From: the human T2T-CHM13v2.0 reference genome, Homo sapiens
Strand: one strand, 5' to 3'
Length of the DNA stretch: 64,000 bases
Assembly: GCF_009914755.1 (NCBI RefSeq)
Contig: NC_060947.1
Positions 63,600 to 64,000 of this stretch are shown here, piece after piece; position 1 is the stretch's first letter, and each line of letters opens with the position of its first letter. The notes beneath the pieces were generated by a model, which had not been told where the DNA came from, searched no databases, and saw only the letters and a list, made by a program, of their open reading frames with translations. A program made the position numbers and the translations under genes.

Positions 63600-64000
63600 A
63601 AACCATTCAGCTTGATTTTCACTGGGCATCCCCCTGAATGCAGTGATTAATTCTTTAATTGTATCTTCATAAATTTCTCAGATCCGTTCACTTTTCTTTG
63701 CCCCCACTGCAGCTGTCCTGGTTTCCCCTTCATTATTTCTCACCCATATGACTGCAATCCCCTCTGAATTGGTCTCCCTGGCTCCCATCTGACTTCTTCC
63801 TATTCCAGAATGACGTTTTCAAGACAAAAACTGAATCATGATGATATTCTCAAGCCTTGTCTTTCATCACTCCTCAATCTCTATCTGTGTCCCACACATC
63901 TGAACATGTAATAGCTTCCTAAAAACAACAATGCTCTCTTCCTTTACACATGATGGTTCTTTGCCTGTAACAATTGTGGCCCCTTCCCTCTGTCCTCAGA
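63600..64000 (+). mobile_element. Degenerate L2
   Basis: CATTATTTCTCACC...TGACTGCAA...TGGTCTCCCTG. Confidence 0.5.

Overview
AT-rich, transposon-dense primate DNA, most likely human given the AluJ/S/Y, L1PA, THE1/MST and MLT content. I find no protein-coding gene I can name, only a few weak candidate + strand exons in the unique segments. Most of the window is nested repeats: 11 Alus, MaLR/ERVL LTRs, MIR/L2, old L1M copies and one full-length but inactivated L1PA2/3. I see no evidence of a new multi-gene system. The notable signals are mechanistic fossils read directly from the sequence: (1) an antisense 5S rRNA fragment fused to an L1 3' end inside one target-site duplication (TSD); (2) two L1-into-L1 insertions whose truncation point is in register with the homologous position of the host L1; (3) several short local templated duplications, one of them inverted; (4) an orphan L1 5'UTR; (5) an Alu-associated deletion; (6) two hairpins in unique DNA. 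Subfamily names come from recalled consensus features, not a database search, and boundaries of old repeats are approximate.
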